A stretch of 64,000 nucleotides of DNA from Syntrophorhabdaceae bacterium (GCA_963665295.1 OY762209.1:5312001-5376000), one strand, 5' to 3'; positions 19,246 to 28,213 are shown, numbered from the stretch's first letter. Notes: generated by a model from the letters alone, not told the origin. Translations and numbers: made by a program.

Positions 19246-21166
19246 CCGAAGTTCCCCCTGTGAAATCCCCCCAATATCACTCTATCCCGTTGAAATGACG
19301 GGAATAGGGTGATAATCATATCTTCTACTTGTTGCCATGTAATAGTGCATTATGTACTTGACATGTAGGTAAGCTATTTGCTATATATGTTCCATGTACA
19401 TCGAAAGCATCCCCAACCGCAACTCCCGGCCCGCCATCCTCTTGAGGGAGGCATGGAGGGAAGGCAAAAAGATAAAGAAGAAGACAGTCGCAAACCTCAC
19501 TGATTGGCCGGAAGAGAAGATCGAGCTCTTGAGGCGTGTATTGAAAGGGGAGTCTCTCGTCTCTCCGAAGGAAGCCTTTAAGGTTGAGCAGTCTCTCCCC
19601 CACGGCCATGTGGAGGCCATACTCGGGACAATAAAGAAGCTTGGCCTTGATACGGTCATTGCCTCGAAGCCTGGAAGGGAGAGAGACCTCGTAATCGCCA
19701 TGATCGTGGAACGCCTCATCCACCCCTCATCGAAATTAGCAACTACGAGGCTCTGGCATACTACTTCGGTGGCGGAGGAACTCTCGGTTGCAGATGCCGA
19801 TGAGGACGAACTCTATGATGCCCTGGACTGGCTTTTGGCAAGACAGGAGCGGATCGAGAAGAAGCTGGCGAATAAGCACCTTACCGAGGGCTCGCTCGTG
19901 CTCTACGATGTGACGAGCAGTTACTACGAGGGCCACACCTGTCCCCTTGCGCAGTTCGGCCATGACCGGGATGAAAAGGGAAAGAGGATCATCGTCTATG
20001 GAGTACTCACCGATCACGAAGGCCGACCTGTTGCAGTTACCGTCTATCCGGGGAATACGGGCGATCCCTCTACCATTCCCGACCAGACGGCAAAGCTCAA
20101 AGAAAGATTCGGTCTCGATCACCTCGTCCTCGTGGGCGACAGGGGCATGCTTACGGAGACACAGATTACAAAGATAAAGGAGATGCCCGGCATAGGGTGG
20201 ATATCGGCCCTCAGGTCTTCCGCCATACGCGAGCTTGTGGGACAGGGGAGCATCCAGATGTCCCTCTTCGATACCCAGGACTTTGCGGAAATCACCTCTC
20301 CCGAGTATCCGGGGGAAAGGCTCATCGCTTGCTTCAACCCCCTTCTTGCCGAAGAGAGAAAGAGGAAAAGAAACGCGCTCCTCGATGTGACGGAAAAGAA
20401 GTTGTCCTCCATTGTACGGGCGGTCGGGAGAAGGACAAGGACGCCTCTTTCCGCAGCGGAGATAGGGAAGAAAGTCGGCGCGGTAGTCAACGATCACAAG
20501 ATGGCGAAGCACTTTATCCTTACCATCGGAGACGGGTCCTTCTCATTCGCCCGGAACGAGGAGTCAATCACCGAAGAAGAAGCCCTCGACGGGATCTATG
20601 TGATCCGTACGAGTGAACCAGCCCTTCCTCCCGCCGATGTGGTACGGAACTACAAGAACCTTGCCCGGGTAGAGCGGGCCTTCAGGACCTTGAAGGGCAT
20701 CGATCTTCTCGTCCGTCCCATTCACCACCGTACCGAGGATCACGTGCGAGCCCACATCTTTCTCTGCACCCTCGCCTATTACGTAGAGTGGCATATGAGG
20801 GAGGCCCTTACGCCGCTGCTCTTCGACGATGAGGAGCTTCCCCTCTCACGAACGACGAGAGACCCGGTAAAGCCCGCGGAGTCATCTTCTTCCGCAAAGA
20901 AAAAGAAGACCACCAAGCTCACCCCTGACGGCCTTCCCGTCCAGAGCTTCCGTACCCTCCTTGCCGCACTGGGGACCCGATGCAAAAACCGGTGCAGGAT
21001 GGTTTTGGACTCCATGGCCCCGGCCTTCACCCTTCTTACTGATCCGACACCTCTCCAGGCCCGCGCCCTTGCCCTCCTCGGACTGTAGCCAGTAACGGGA
21101 AATCAATTTCTGCCATAATCATTGGAATATCAAGGTGATGGGTTAATATTGGGCGGGGAACTTCGG
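19246..21166 (+). mobile_element. IS1634-family insertion sequence
   Basis: TIRs CCGAAGTTCCCC / GGGGAACTTCGG; 6-bp TSD TTTAGT (19240-19245, 21167-21172). Confidence 0.9.
19394..21088 (+). CDS. IS1634-family transposase
   Basis: LYDVTSSYYEG, LVGDRGM, YKNLARVERAFRTLK, VRAHIFLC. Confidence 0.92.
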   Translation: MYIESIPNRNSRPAILLREAWREGKKIKKKTVANLTDWPEEKIELLRRVLKGESLVSPKEAFKVEQSLPHGHVEAILGTIKKLGLDTVIASKPGRERDLVIAMIVERLIHPSSKLATTRLWHTTSVAEELSVADADEDELYDALDWLLARQERIEKKLANKHLTEGSLVLYDVTSSYYEGHTCPLAQFGHDRDEKGKRIIVYGVLTDHEGRPVAVTVYPGNTGDPSTIPDQTAKLKERFGLDHLVLVGDRGMLTETQITKIKEMPGIGWISALRSSAIRELVGQGSIQMSLFDTQDFAEITSPEYPGERLIACFNPLLAEERKRKRNALLDVTEKKLSSIVRAVGRRTRTPLSAAEIGKKVGAVVNDHKMAKHFILTIGDGSFSFARNEESITEEEALDGIYVIRTSEPALPPADVVRNYKNLARVERAFRTLKGIDLLVRPIHHRTEDHVRAHIFLCTLAYYVEWHMREALTPLLFDDEELPLSRTTRDPVKPAESSSSAKKKKTTKLTPDGLPVQSFRTLLAALGTRCKNRCRMVLDSMAPAFTLLTDPTPLQARALALLGL

Positions 21167-21167
21167 T

Positions 21168-22166
21168 TTAGTGTACCCCGCCATCGCTCGTTGATAATGG
21201 CTTATTGATCCAGACGGCGTCAGGCAGTGACGCCGGTTTCGGCATCCTCCCCTTGAACCGTTCCGGATGTTTTTCATACGCAGCCCGCAGTACGTCCGTA
21301 CGACCTTCAATGATCCTCAACGCTCTTCCATAATGGACGTCCTCGGGGGTGAGAAGACCTATCCCCGAATGGTAATGCTCGGTATTGTACCAGGGGAAGA
21401 ATGTCTGGCAAAAGGCCCGGGCATCCTCAATGGAGCCGAACCTTTGAGGGAACTCGGGCCGGTACTTCATGGTCTTGAACTGAGATTCGGAATAGGGGTT
21501 GTCATTACTGACCGAAGGCCTCGAATGGCTCTTGGTGACCCCGAGATCGGCCATGAGCAGGGCGACGGGTTTCGACGTCATACTCGACCCCCTGTCCGCA
21601 TGGATCAGGAGCTTACCGGGCTCTATCATTTGCTTCTCGCAGGTCTCCGCGATCAGTTTGCGAGCAAGGGCGGCAAGTTCCCTGTGGGCCACCATCCACC
21701 CCACCACATAGCGGCTGTAGATGTCGAGGATCACATAGAGGTAGTAGTAGGTCCATTTTACGGAACCCTTGAGCTTCGTGATATCCCAGCTCCACGCCTC
21801 GTTGGGCGCCTTCGCGAGGATCTCCGGTTTTGCGTACCGGGGACGGGAGACCTGCCTCCTCCTTTCTTTCAGCTCACCTTCTTCTTCAAGGATCCGGTAC
21901 ATGGTGCGCACTGAACAGAGATAGCTCTTCTCGTCCAGGAGGGCCGCGTAGATTTCCCGGGGTGCTTTATCGATGAAGCGGTCCGAATGAAGGATATCAA
22001 GTACATCGTTCCGTTCCCCGAAGGAGAGGGCCAAGGGAGAGAGACGGTTCAAAGGTTCCTTCTCTTTCGGATGCTGCCACCGGTAAAAGCCCGCACGGGA
22101 TACGTCGAGGGCGTTGCAGGCAGGGCGGATACCCACTTCATGGGCAAGCGATTGCGTGATGTTCAT
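21168..22166 (-). CDS. IS3-like OrfB integrase-core (rve) transposase
   Basis: WSWDITKL, LDIYSRYVVGW, HADRGSSM, NDNPYSESQFKTMK. Confidence 0.9.
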   Translation of the reverse strand: MNITQSLAHEVGIRPACNALDVSRAGFYRWQHPKEKEPLNRLSPLALSFGERNDVLDILHSDRFIDKAPREIYAALLDEKSYLCSVRTMYRILEEEGELKERRRQVSRPRYAKPEILAKAPNEAWSWDITKLKGSVKWTYYYLYVILDIYSRYVVGWMVAHRELAALARKLIAETCEKQMIEPGKLLIHADRGSSMTSKPVALLMADLGVTKSHSRPSVSNDNPYSESQFKTMKYRPEFPQRFGSIEDARAFCQTFFPWYNTEHYHSGIGLLTPEDVHYGRALRIIEGRTDVLRAAYEKHPERFKGRMPKPASLPDAVWINKPLSTSDGGVH

Positions 22167-22561
22167 GACTTCTCCTCGCTCGACCCCTTGAGCAGCTCGG
22201 CCACTTTTTTTTGGACCTCGATAATGAGCTCCGCCTGTTTCAGTTTATGGGTGAGCCTCGTGTTCTCCTTTTCCAGTTCGATGGTGCGACGGATAAGGGG
22301 ATCAGGCTTTTGTGTGACGGGTCCTCTCTTTTTCGGGATGAGGCCCTGGTGAACCTGACGCCGCCATGAGGTGAGGCTCGATGAATAAAGTCCCTCTCTG
22401 CGCAGAAGCGCCCCTATCTCACCCTTCCCGGTACAGTTCTCCACCTCCTTGAGGATACGGAGCTTGTACGCCGCGGTGAATTTCCGGCGAACTGCCTTTT
22501 CCGGTACTTCCGGATCGGGGACTACCCTTGGTGATGCCATGACTGATTTCTTTTCTTCCAC
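22163..22561 (-). CDS. IS3-like OrfA (HTH plus coiled coil)
   Basis: RRKFTAAYKLRIL, LLRREGLYSS..SWR; ATGA overlap with orfB. Confidence 0.85.
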   Translation of the reverse strand: MEEKKSVMASPRVVPDPEVPEKAVRRKFTAAYKLRILKEVENCTGKGEIGALLRREGLYSSSLTSWRRQVHQGLIPKKRGPVTQKPDPLIRRTIELEKENTRLTHKLKQAELIIEVQKKVAELLKGSSEEKS

Positions 22562-22944
22562 GATCGTTCTTTCCTTCCCGCCCCCAAGAGTCTAAACTAT
22601 TGGGTGGGAAGTGTCTCACTTATATTGGCACGGAGGGGATAGTGTATGAAGGGCCATATTGCGTATCCCAATGTGATGAGGAAAAGAAGGCAACTATCTT
22701 GCAAAGATTATTAAGGCTGAGCCAATCAACGTGGCAAGAGATAAAGAGACTACCAAGAGAAGATGGATTTGAAATTATTCCTCACCATAGATTCAGGGCC
22801 CCCCTTCCATCTATTTTAACTCCAGAGACCGTAATACTTGTTGCTCGCTATGATGGTGATGGCGGCAGGCTTGCAGGCTATAGAGACAAAGATGTATACC
22901 ATATAGTCCTTGTAGGCAGAGATTTGTATCCACATTAATTCTTT

Positions 22945-22962
22945 TCAAACTGACCCACCACC
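22945..22962. repeat. Relic IS1-type right TIR inside element B
   Basis: TCAAACTGACCCACCACC, 17/18 match to the element A right TIR. Confidence 0.7.
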
Positions 22963-23007
22963 CTACAAAAAAATTTATCTTTTTCAAACTGAGACACTAC
23001 CAAAGAC

Positions 23008-23038
23008 TTGACAAATTTGCGTGTGTAATATATATAAT
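23008..23038 (+). promoter_or_regulatory. Sigma70-type promoter of the V/A-ATPase operon
   Basis: TTGACA 23008-23013, then TATATAAT 23031-23038 (17-19 bp spacing). Confidence 0.7.
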
Positions 23039-23260
23039 GATATTAGGTTTAGTAGTTGTTCTATCTCCGGTAGCCGAGAGCAGGACGTACTGCTCGGAGT
23101 CTTTTACAGTGGGCGGTGGCGCGAGACGGCAGTAAGCGACAGGAAAAGGTGATTGTCGCGTAACGGTTCAGCATGCGTCACCAGGCGGTTTAACCACGAA
23201 TATCAGTGATGTCGCCGACCCCGGAGGCCGGCGTGCACGCTGAAGGACCAGGGGGTAGAT

Positions 23261-24010
23261 ATGTGCAAGCCTGTTGATTTAAACAAATGTATTTCCTTTA
23301 TTAAGTCCGGATTTCTCCAGAAGATCGACAACGCTTCTCTCTCAACCATGGTAAGGCCGACGGTGACAATTTCACGGATGACGGGGTCCGGCGGACATAC
23401 GGTCGCCGCGAACCTCGCGGATTACCTGCGGATGACCCTGCCGGATCGTGGCGAATGGGCCGTTTTTGACCGGAATCTGGTGGAGAAGATCCTGGAAGAG
23501 CACCATCTCCATAAACGGGTTGGCGATTTCATGAAAGAAGGTCACAAGACCATGTTTACCGACGTGGTGGAGGAGTTGGTAGGTCTCCATCCCGGCGGCT
23601 GGACGCTCTTGCAGAAGACAAATGCCACAATATTGCACCTCGCACAGATGGGAAATGTCATCCTTGTGGGTCGGGGTGCATGCGTAGTGGCGGCCAAAGC
23701 AAGAAACGCCCTCCACGTGCGTCTGGTAGGGTCCCTTGAAAAACGGATCAAATGGGTGGAACGGACCTGTAATGTCGATGCTAAAGCGGCCCTTCAGTTC
23801 ATCAAGAAAGGTGACGAAGGGCGCAGGCGCTACCTGAAAGATAACTTTGATAGAGACGTCGATGACCCGCTCCTCTATCACATGGTTATCAATACGGATA
23901 TTGTGAGCCACGAAGAAGCCGCCCGGATGATCGGCAATGAATTGATCAGGCGGTTCAAACTGGACAGACAGGTGAAGGCGACGGGAAGCAGGCAGAGCGC
24001 GATCCAATAA
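23261..24010 (+). CDS. Cytidylate kinase-like family protein
   Basis: VTISRMTGSGG, VILVGRG, YHMVINTD. Confidence 0.85.
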   Translation: MCKPVDLNKCISFIKSGFLQKIDNASLSTMVRPTVTISRMTGSGGHTVAANLADYLRMTLPDRGEWAVFDRNLVEKILEEHHLHKRVGDFMKEGHKTMFTDVVEELVGLHPGGWTLLQKTNATILHLAQMGNVILVGRGACVVAAKARNALHVRLVGSLEKRIKWVERTCNVDAKAALQFIKKGDEGRRRYLKDNFDRDVDDPLLYHMVINTDIVSHEEAARMIGNELIRRFKLDRQVKATGSRQSAIQ

Positions 24011-24040
24011 CAGGACCCGCTTTTCAGGGGAGGCATTGCC

Positions 24041-24352
24041 ATGCGCGATGTAATTCAGAGGATCATCGCGACGGAGAGCGAGGCGAGGCTTATTGTCGAT
24101 GCGGCCAGGGCCGAAGCGGACCGCATCTTGTCTGAAGCCCGGAAAAAGGGAAAAGATGTTGTTGAGAGGGCCCGCCAGGAAGCGCTCTTCGAGGCGGAGA
24201 AGATCGTAGAAGCCGCAGTGGAAGAAGCGGAGAGCGAAAAAAAACGCCGCCTGGACCATGCCGCGGTCACCACCGAAAACGAAATCCAGTTCGGACAATC
24301 CGATAGGGAAGGCGCGGTGAAAGGGGTCCTCCGGTGCGTGTGCGGACTGTAA
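24041..24352 (+). CDS. V/A-type ATP synthase subunit G(H), peripheral stalk
   Basis: A/E/R-rich coiled coil at the head of the ATPase genes. Confidence 0.7.
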   Translation: MRDVIQRIIATESEARLIVDAARAEADRILSEARKKGKDVVERARQEALFEAEKIVEAAVEEAESEKKRRLDHAAVTTENEIQFGQSDREGAVKGVLRCVCGL

Positions 24353-25440
24353 CGGCCGATTCCCTCGCCCCCCGGTCGAGACGAATAGCGAGGGACCTCG
24401 ATTATCTCGCGGCCCGGCTTCACGGCCGGCGCAGCCGCATGGCCGAGGGCGCGCGACTCGATAGCCTCTGTCGTATGCGGAGCCTCCCGGAATTCTTTCA
24501 CGCACTCTTTCCCGACGCGGAGCTTAAGGAGGCTTCCGATTTCCAGCGCCTGACGATTGATAACATGGTCCGCGAGATCAGCGGATTTCCCGCCCACATG
24601 CCCGGGCCCGGGGCGGACTTCCTTGATTGGATCCTGATCCGGTACCAACTCGAAAACCTGAAGGTATGGATCAGGGTCCTTCTCACGAATACACCCGCAA
24701 CCGGCATCGAACAATACCTTATCTCCATCCCGGGAAAACCGACCCTCCACGTTCGAGGGCCGTCCGCGGCGGAGTCTCTCAGGGATCTTGTTCACCTCGT
24801 CCCAAGAGGACTGCTCAGAGACAGCCTCAGAAGGTCCCTCGCGACGTATGGCGACCAGGCGCCGCCCTTCTTCTTCGAAACGGACCTTGACCGAAGCTAT
24901 CTCGAGGGGTTGCTCGAGTCCCTTGAACGGCTTCCACAGGAGGACCGGGAGATCATCGAGCCTCTGGTTCGTCAGGAAGTCGATATATTTCACCTGATGC
25001 TAGTGGTCAGGGGCAGATTCCACTACGCCCTGACACCGGAGATACTGCTGCCCCTGCATATTTCGGGGACGAGAATCTCCCACGCCCTCTTTGCTGCCAT
25101 GCTCGGTGACCCGGATCTCCCCACCGCGGTGGGCCGTGCTGTCGGACGCGCCCTCGATACCGCGCCTCCGGGATGCGCGTCAGCCGACGCTTCCATGACC
25201 GACACCGTTGACAGCGGGGTCGTAGAGCGTCTCGGGTGGAAGCGGTACCTCCGTTTGGCCAACCTCGCTTTTCGCAGAAGCCACATGGGGCTGGGAGCGG
25301 TCATAGGGTACGTCGGCCTTCGCCGGATGGAGACGGCGGATCTCATCACCATTTCCGAGGGTATTCAGAAAGGCGTGGCCTCCGAGACAATCCGGGCGCG
25401 CCTGATCACAAGTACCGATTCCGAGGCGGCCTATGTTTAG
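24334..25440 (+). CDS. V/A-type ATP synthase subunit C
   Basis: DYLAARLHG, YQLENLK, EVDIFHL; operon position. Confidence 0.8.
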   Translation: MRVRTVTADSLAPRSRRIARDLDYLAARLHGRRSRMAEGARLDSLCRMRSLPEFFHALFPDAELKEASDFQRLTIDNMVREISGFPAHMPGPGADFLDWILIRYQLENLKVWIRVLLTNTPATGIEQYLISIPGKPTLHVRGPSAAESLRDLVHLVPRGLLRDSLRRSLATYGDQAPPFFFETDLDRSYLEGLLESLERLPQEDREIIEPLVRQEVDIFHLMLVVRGRFHYALTPEILLPLHISGTRISHALFAAMLGDPDLPTAVGRAVGRALDTAPPGCASADASMTDTVDSGVVERLGWKRYLRLANLAFRRSHMGLGAVIGYVGLRRMETADLITISEGIQKGVASETIRARLITSTDSEAAYV

Positions 25441-27409
25441 GGTGGCCCCCATGACACGACTCAACGCGGTAGTGCTCGAAGGCGATGAACACACCGTGTT
25501 GAGAGACCTGGGCCGCCTCGGCGCAATACAACTCACGCGCACCTTACCCGGTCCGGACACGGGGCCTCTCGCCTTTCGCGATCACGCTGCCGACCTGGCC
25601 CGTTACGACCGCCTCCGGGGCTGCAGCGAAGAACTACGCCGGTCACTGGAAATCCCCCCTTCCTCCTCAGGGCAGGAACCCGGGAAGATGACCATCGACG
25701 AGGCTGAAGATGCGCTCCGCTCCATGGAAGCGCAGGCCGACCACCTGCTGGAGAGTCGCCGGCAACTGGTCCAGCGTCAAAAGGAACTGACCGCTGTCCA
25801 CGAAAGGGTGTCGCATTTCTGCGGCCTCGATTTCCCCCTTGATGACGCCAGCCGGTTCTCCTTTCTCCGTTTTGTCACCGGAAGCCTGCCCTTCAAGAAC
25901 CTCGAGGGCCTTGAGCGCGAGGTGGGGGGGAACGTGGCCCTCCTTCCCACGGCGCAACGAAACGGGCGGCAGGCGCTCGTGGCAGTCACCACCCGTGAGG
26001 GACTGCCCACCCTGGAAGAGGTCCTGCAAAAGGCGGGGTTTCAGCACGAGGCGCTCCCCGAAATCCCGGGCAGCACCGCAGACGCCCTGTCCGAGGAAGG
26101 AGACAGGGAGCTTGAGCGGGTAGGCGCGGAATTGGAGGACGTAAACAAGAGGCTGCAAACCTTCGCAGCCGGGATAGCGCCATCTCTCAATGAGATTGAA
26201 AGATTCGGGGATGTCGAGTGCCGCCTCATGGACGTGTCCCAGAGGTTGCCCCGTACGGAGAATGCGGTCCTCCTTTCGGGATGGGTCCCCGCCGACGACG
26301 CGGCAGCCATCGAGTCGCGGGTGCGGGAGATTACGAATGGCCGGTGCGCCTTCGAGACGACGCCGCCGGACAATTCAGCACGGGAGCAGGTCCCTGTCCT
26401 GCTGAGGCATTCGCGGCTGCTCCGGCCATTCGAGATGCTGGTCTCCACGTATGGTCTGCCGGACTACCGGGAACTCGAGCCCACACTCTTTGTGGCCCTC
26501 AGTTACCTGTTCATGTTCGGTATGATGTTCGGCGACGCCGGACACGGCGCCGTTCTGGCCGCCTGCGGTTTGACCGCCCTCATCGCCGGCCGTTCCGAGA
26601 AGGCCCGGGACTTCGGCCTGCTCCTTCTTTTAGGGGGTTCGGCAAGTATCATCTCCGGCGTGGTCTATGGAAGTTACTTCGGTATCGAGGGGCTCAAAAG
26701 ATACGCGCTGTGGCGGGACCCTCTCGAGGGCGACCCCATGAACCTCATGTATGCCGCTATCGGCTTCGGGATCGTCATGGTAAGTCTCGGTCTGATACTC
26801 AATGTCATCAACCGTTTTCGACGGGGCGACACCCTGGGGGGCATCCTGGACAGATTCGGCCTTGCGGGCCTCTTCTTCTACTGGGGCGCTCTCGCCCTGA
26901 TCATGAACGGGACGGCCATCCGGTCACGGGGGCTCATGCCCCTGATGATCACCCTGTTTCTCGTGGTCCCCATTGTGGCCTGGATAATCAAGGAGCCCAT
27001 GGAGCACCTCCTGCACAGCCGCAAAGGGGTGAAGGACGAGGCAAGCGGCGGTATGGTCGGCGCGATCATGGAATCCTCCGTCGGAGCCTTTGAAGGGGTT
27101 CTCGGCTATCTTGCCAATACCATAAGCTTCGTCCGTCTTGCTGCCTACGCCATGAGTCATGCAGCGCTTCTGCTGGCTGCTTTTATGCTGGCCTCGGAGG
27201 TGAGGGGCCTTTCCATGGGGGGCAGTTTCTGGAGCGTCCTCATCATCATTCTCGGCAATATGGTGGCAATCATCCTTGAGGGTATCATCGCCTCGGTGCA
27301 GGCGTTGCGTCTTGAATATTATGAATTCTTTGGAAAGTTTTTTTCGGGCAACGGACAACCCTTCGAGCCGTTTCGCTTGAGCGGGAACGGCCGGCCTCCC
27401 GGACCGTGA
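25433..27409 (+). CDS. V/A-type ATP synthase subunit I (a)
   Basis: YGLPDYRELEPT, FGMMFGDAGHG, ISFVRLAAYAMSH, QALRLEYYEFFGKF. Confidence 0.93.
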   Translation: MFRVAPMTRLNAVVLEGDEHTVLRDLGRLGAIQLTRTLPGPDTGPLAFRDHAADLARYDRLRGCSEELRRSLEIPPSSSGQEPGKMTIDEAEDALRSMEAQADHLLESRRQLVQRQKELTAVHERVSHFCGLDFPLDDASRFSFLRFVTGSLPFKNLEGLEREVGGNVALLPTAQRNGRQALVAVTTREGLPTLEEVLQKAGFQHEALPEIPGSTADALSEEGDRELERVGAELEDVNKRLQTFAAGIAPSLNEIERFGDVECRLMDVSQRLPRTENAVLLSGWVPADDAAAIESRVREITNGRCAFETTPPDNSAREQVPVLLRHSRLLRPFEMLVSTYGLPDYRELEPTLFVALSYLFMFGMMFGDAGHGAVLAACGLTALIAGRSEKARDFGLLLLLGGSASIISGVVYGSYFGIEGLKRYALWRDPLEGDPMNLMYAAIGFGIVMVSLGLILNVINRFRRGDTLGGILDRFGLAGLFFYWGALALIMNGTAIRSRGLMPLMITLFLVVPIVAWIIKEPMEHLLHSRKGVKDEASGGMVGAIMESSVGAFEGVLGYLANTISFVRLAAYAMSHAALLLAAFMLASEVRGLSMGGSFWSVLIIILGNMVAIILEGIIASVQALRLEYYEFFGKFFSGNGQPFEPFRLSGNGRPPGP

Positions 27410-27534
27410 CCGGCGATTATTCCCGGTTCGCCCGGAACTGGTGGAATGGGGAGATATTTGATGACGAGAAACCGGTTGATGATCCCGGAAACACGAACAG
27501 GGCGCTTCACGGCCCATGCGAGGGGAGGTGTCAC

Positions 27535-27882
27535 ATGTTAAAGGCGTCACGTTGGCGGCTTGGGGGAATAGGAATGGTTCTGGCGGCACTGCTGGTCCTG
27601 CTCGGCGCCGCGGTTATGGCCGGGGAGACCACACATGGCGGCGCGCCGGTCGATCAGGCAACGGCGTACAAGACAATAGGATTGGCCGCGGCCGCTGCTT
27701 TCGCCATCGGCATGAGCGTTCTCGGCGCAGGGTATGCCGTGGGGCGGATCGGGTCCGCGGCCCTCGGACTTGCCGCGGAGAAACCGGAGCTTCTGACCCG
27801 CAGTATCCTCTTCGTGGCATTGGCGGAAGGACTGGCCGTGCTCGGTTTTGCTATCGCCATGATGCTGATGCAGAAGATATAG
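27535..27882 (+). CDS. V/A-type ATP synthase proteolipid subunit K (c)
   Basis: RBS GGAGGT; AEKPE...ALAEGLAV with the conserved Glu. Confidence 0.9.
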   Translation: MLKASRWRLGGIGMVLAALLVLLGAAVMAGETTHGGAPVDQATAYKTIGLAAAAAFAIGMSVLGAGYAVGRIGSAALGLAAEKPELLTRSILFVALAEGLAVLGFAIAMMLMQKI

Positions 27883-27892
27883 GAGGAAGGCG

Positions 27893-28201
27893 GTGAAGTT
27901 CTTTTGTATCGGTGACGAAGATACGGTCCGGGGATTCCGCCTTGCCGGGATCACGGCCGAGACAGCGACAACCGCGGAAGAGGCCTATAACGCCATCCGG
28001 GTCGCGAGGGCCCAACCCGACTGTGGGATCATCATCATTACCCAGGAGGTAGCCGCGTGGATTCGGGAGGAAGTGGAAACCATCCGGCTGGAGCAGGACC
28101 GCCCGTTGATCGTCGAGATTCCCGGGCCGGAAGGGCCGCTGCCGGGGCGCAAGGGCTTGCGCGAACTGGTGCAGGAAGCCGTGGGTGTACGAGTTGGTTA
28201 A
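27893..28201 (+). CDS. V/A-type ATP synthase subunit F
   Basis: IGDEDTVRGFRLAGI, PLIVEIP. Confidence 0.92.
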   Translation: MKFFCIGDEDTVRGFRLAGITAETATTAEEAYNAIRVARAQPDCGIIIITQEVAAWIREEVETIRLEQDRPLIVEIPGPEGPLPGRKGLRELVQEAVGVRVG

Positions 28202-28213
28202 AGGGGCACGGAT

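Larger units (their letters stand above)
19201..22638 (-). mobile_element. IS3-like two-ORF element with sub-terminal inverted repeats, containing an IS1634
   Basis: IRs TGTCAATGAAAATGAGACACTTCC (19208-19231) and GGAAGTGTCTCACTTATATTGGCA (22607-22630). Ends and 2-bp AT duplication deduced from toxin reconstruction. Confidence 0.82.
19085..22938 (+). pseudogene. Putative toxin (RelE-like) interrupted by nested IS; fragments 19085-19200 and 22641-22938
   Basis: Overlaps the antitoxin stop. Removing 19201-22640 restores a 137-aa ORF (...PVFSLRH-I-VYEGPYC...GRLAGYR...LYPH). Confidence 0.75.
16172..23001 (+). mobile_element. IS1-family cargo-carrying transposon B (6830 bp; about 3390 bp without the nested IS)
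   Basis: TIRs GGTAGTGTCTCAGTTTCA (16172-16189) and TCAAACTGAGACACTACC (22984-23001), flanked by AAAGACTT. Confidence 0.92.

Noticed and set aside
22600..22938. Independent 112-aa gene
   Set aside because: The first 13 codons are IS end sequence; the rest is the 3' part of the split toxin.
12888..23009. Recurrent AAAGACTT/GGTAGTG motifs as a CRISPR array or integron attC sites
   Set aside because: They are kilobases apart, inverted in pairs and flank transposases, so they are TIRs plus TSDs. No cas or integrase gene is present.
23045..23260. Na+ or c-di-GMP riboswitch before the ATPase operon
   Set aside because: I could not match a known consensus by eye; kept only as an unassigned structured leader.
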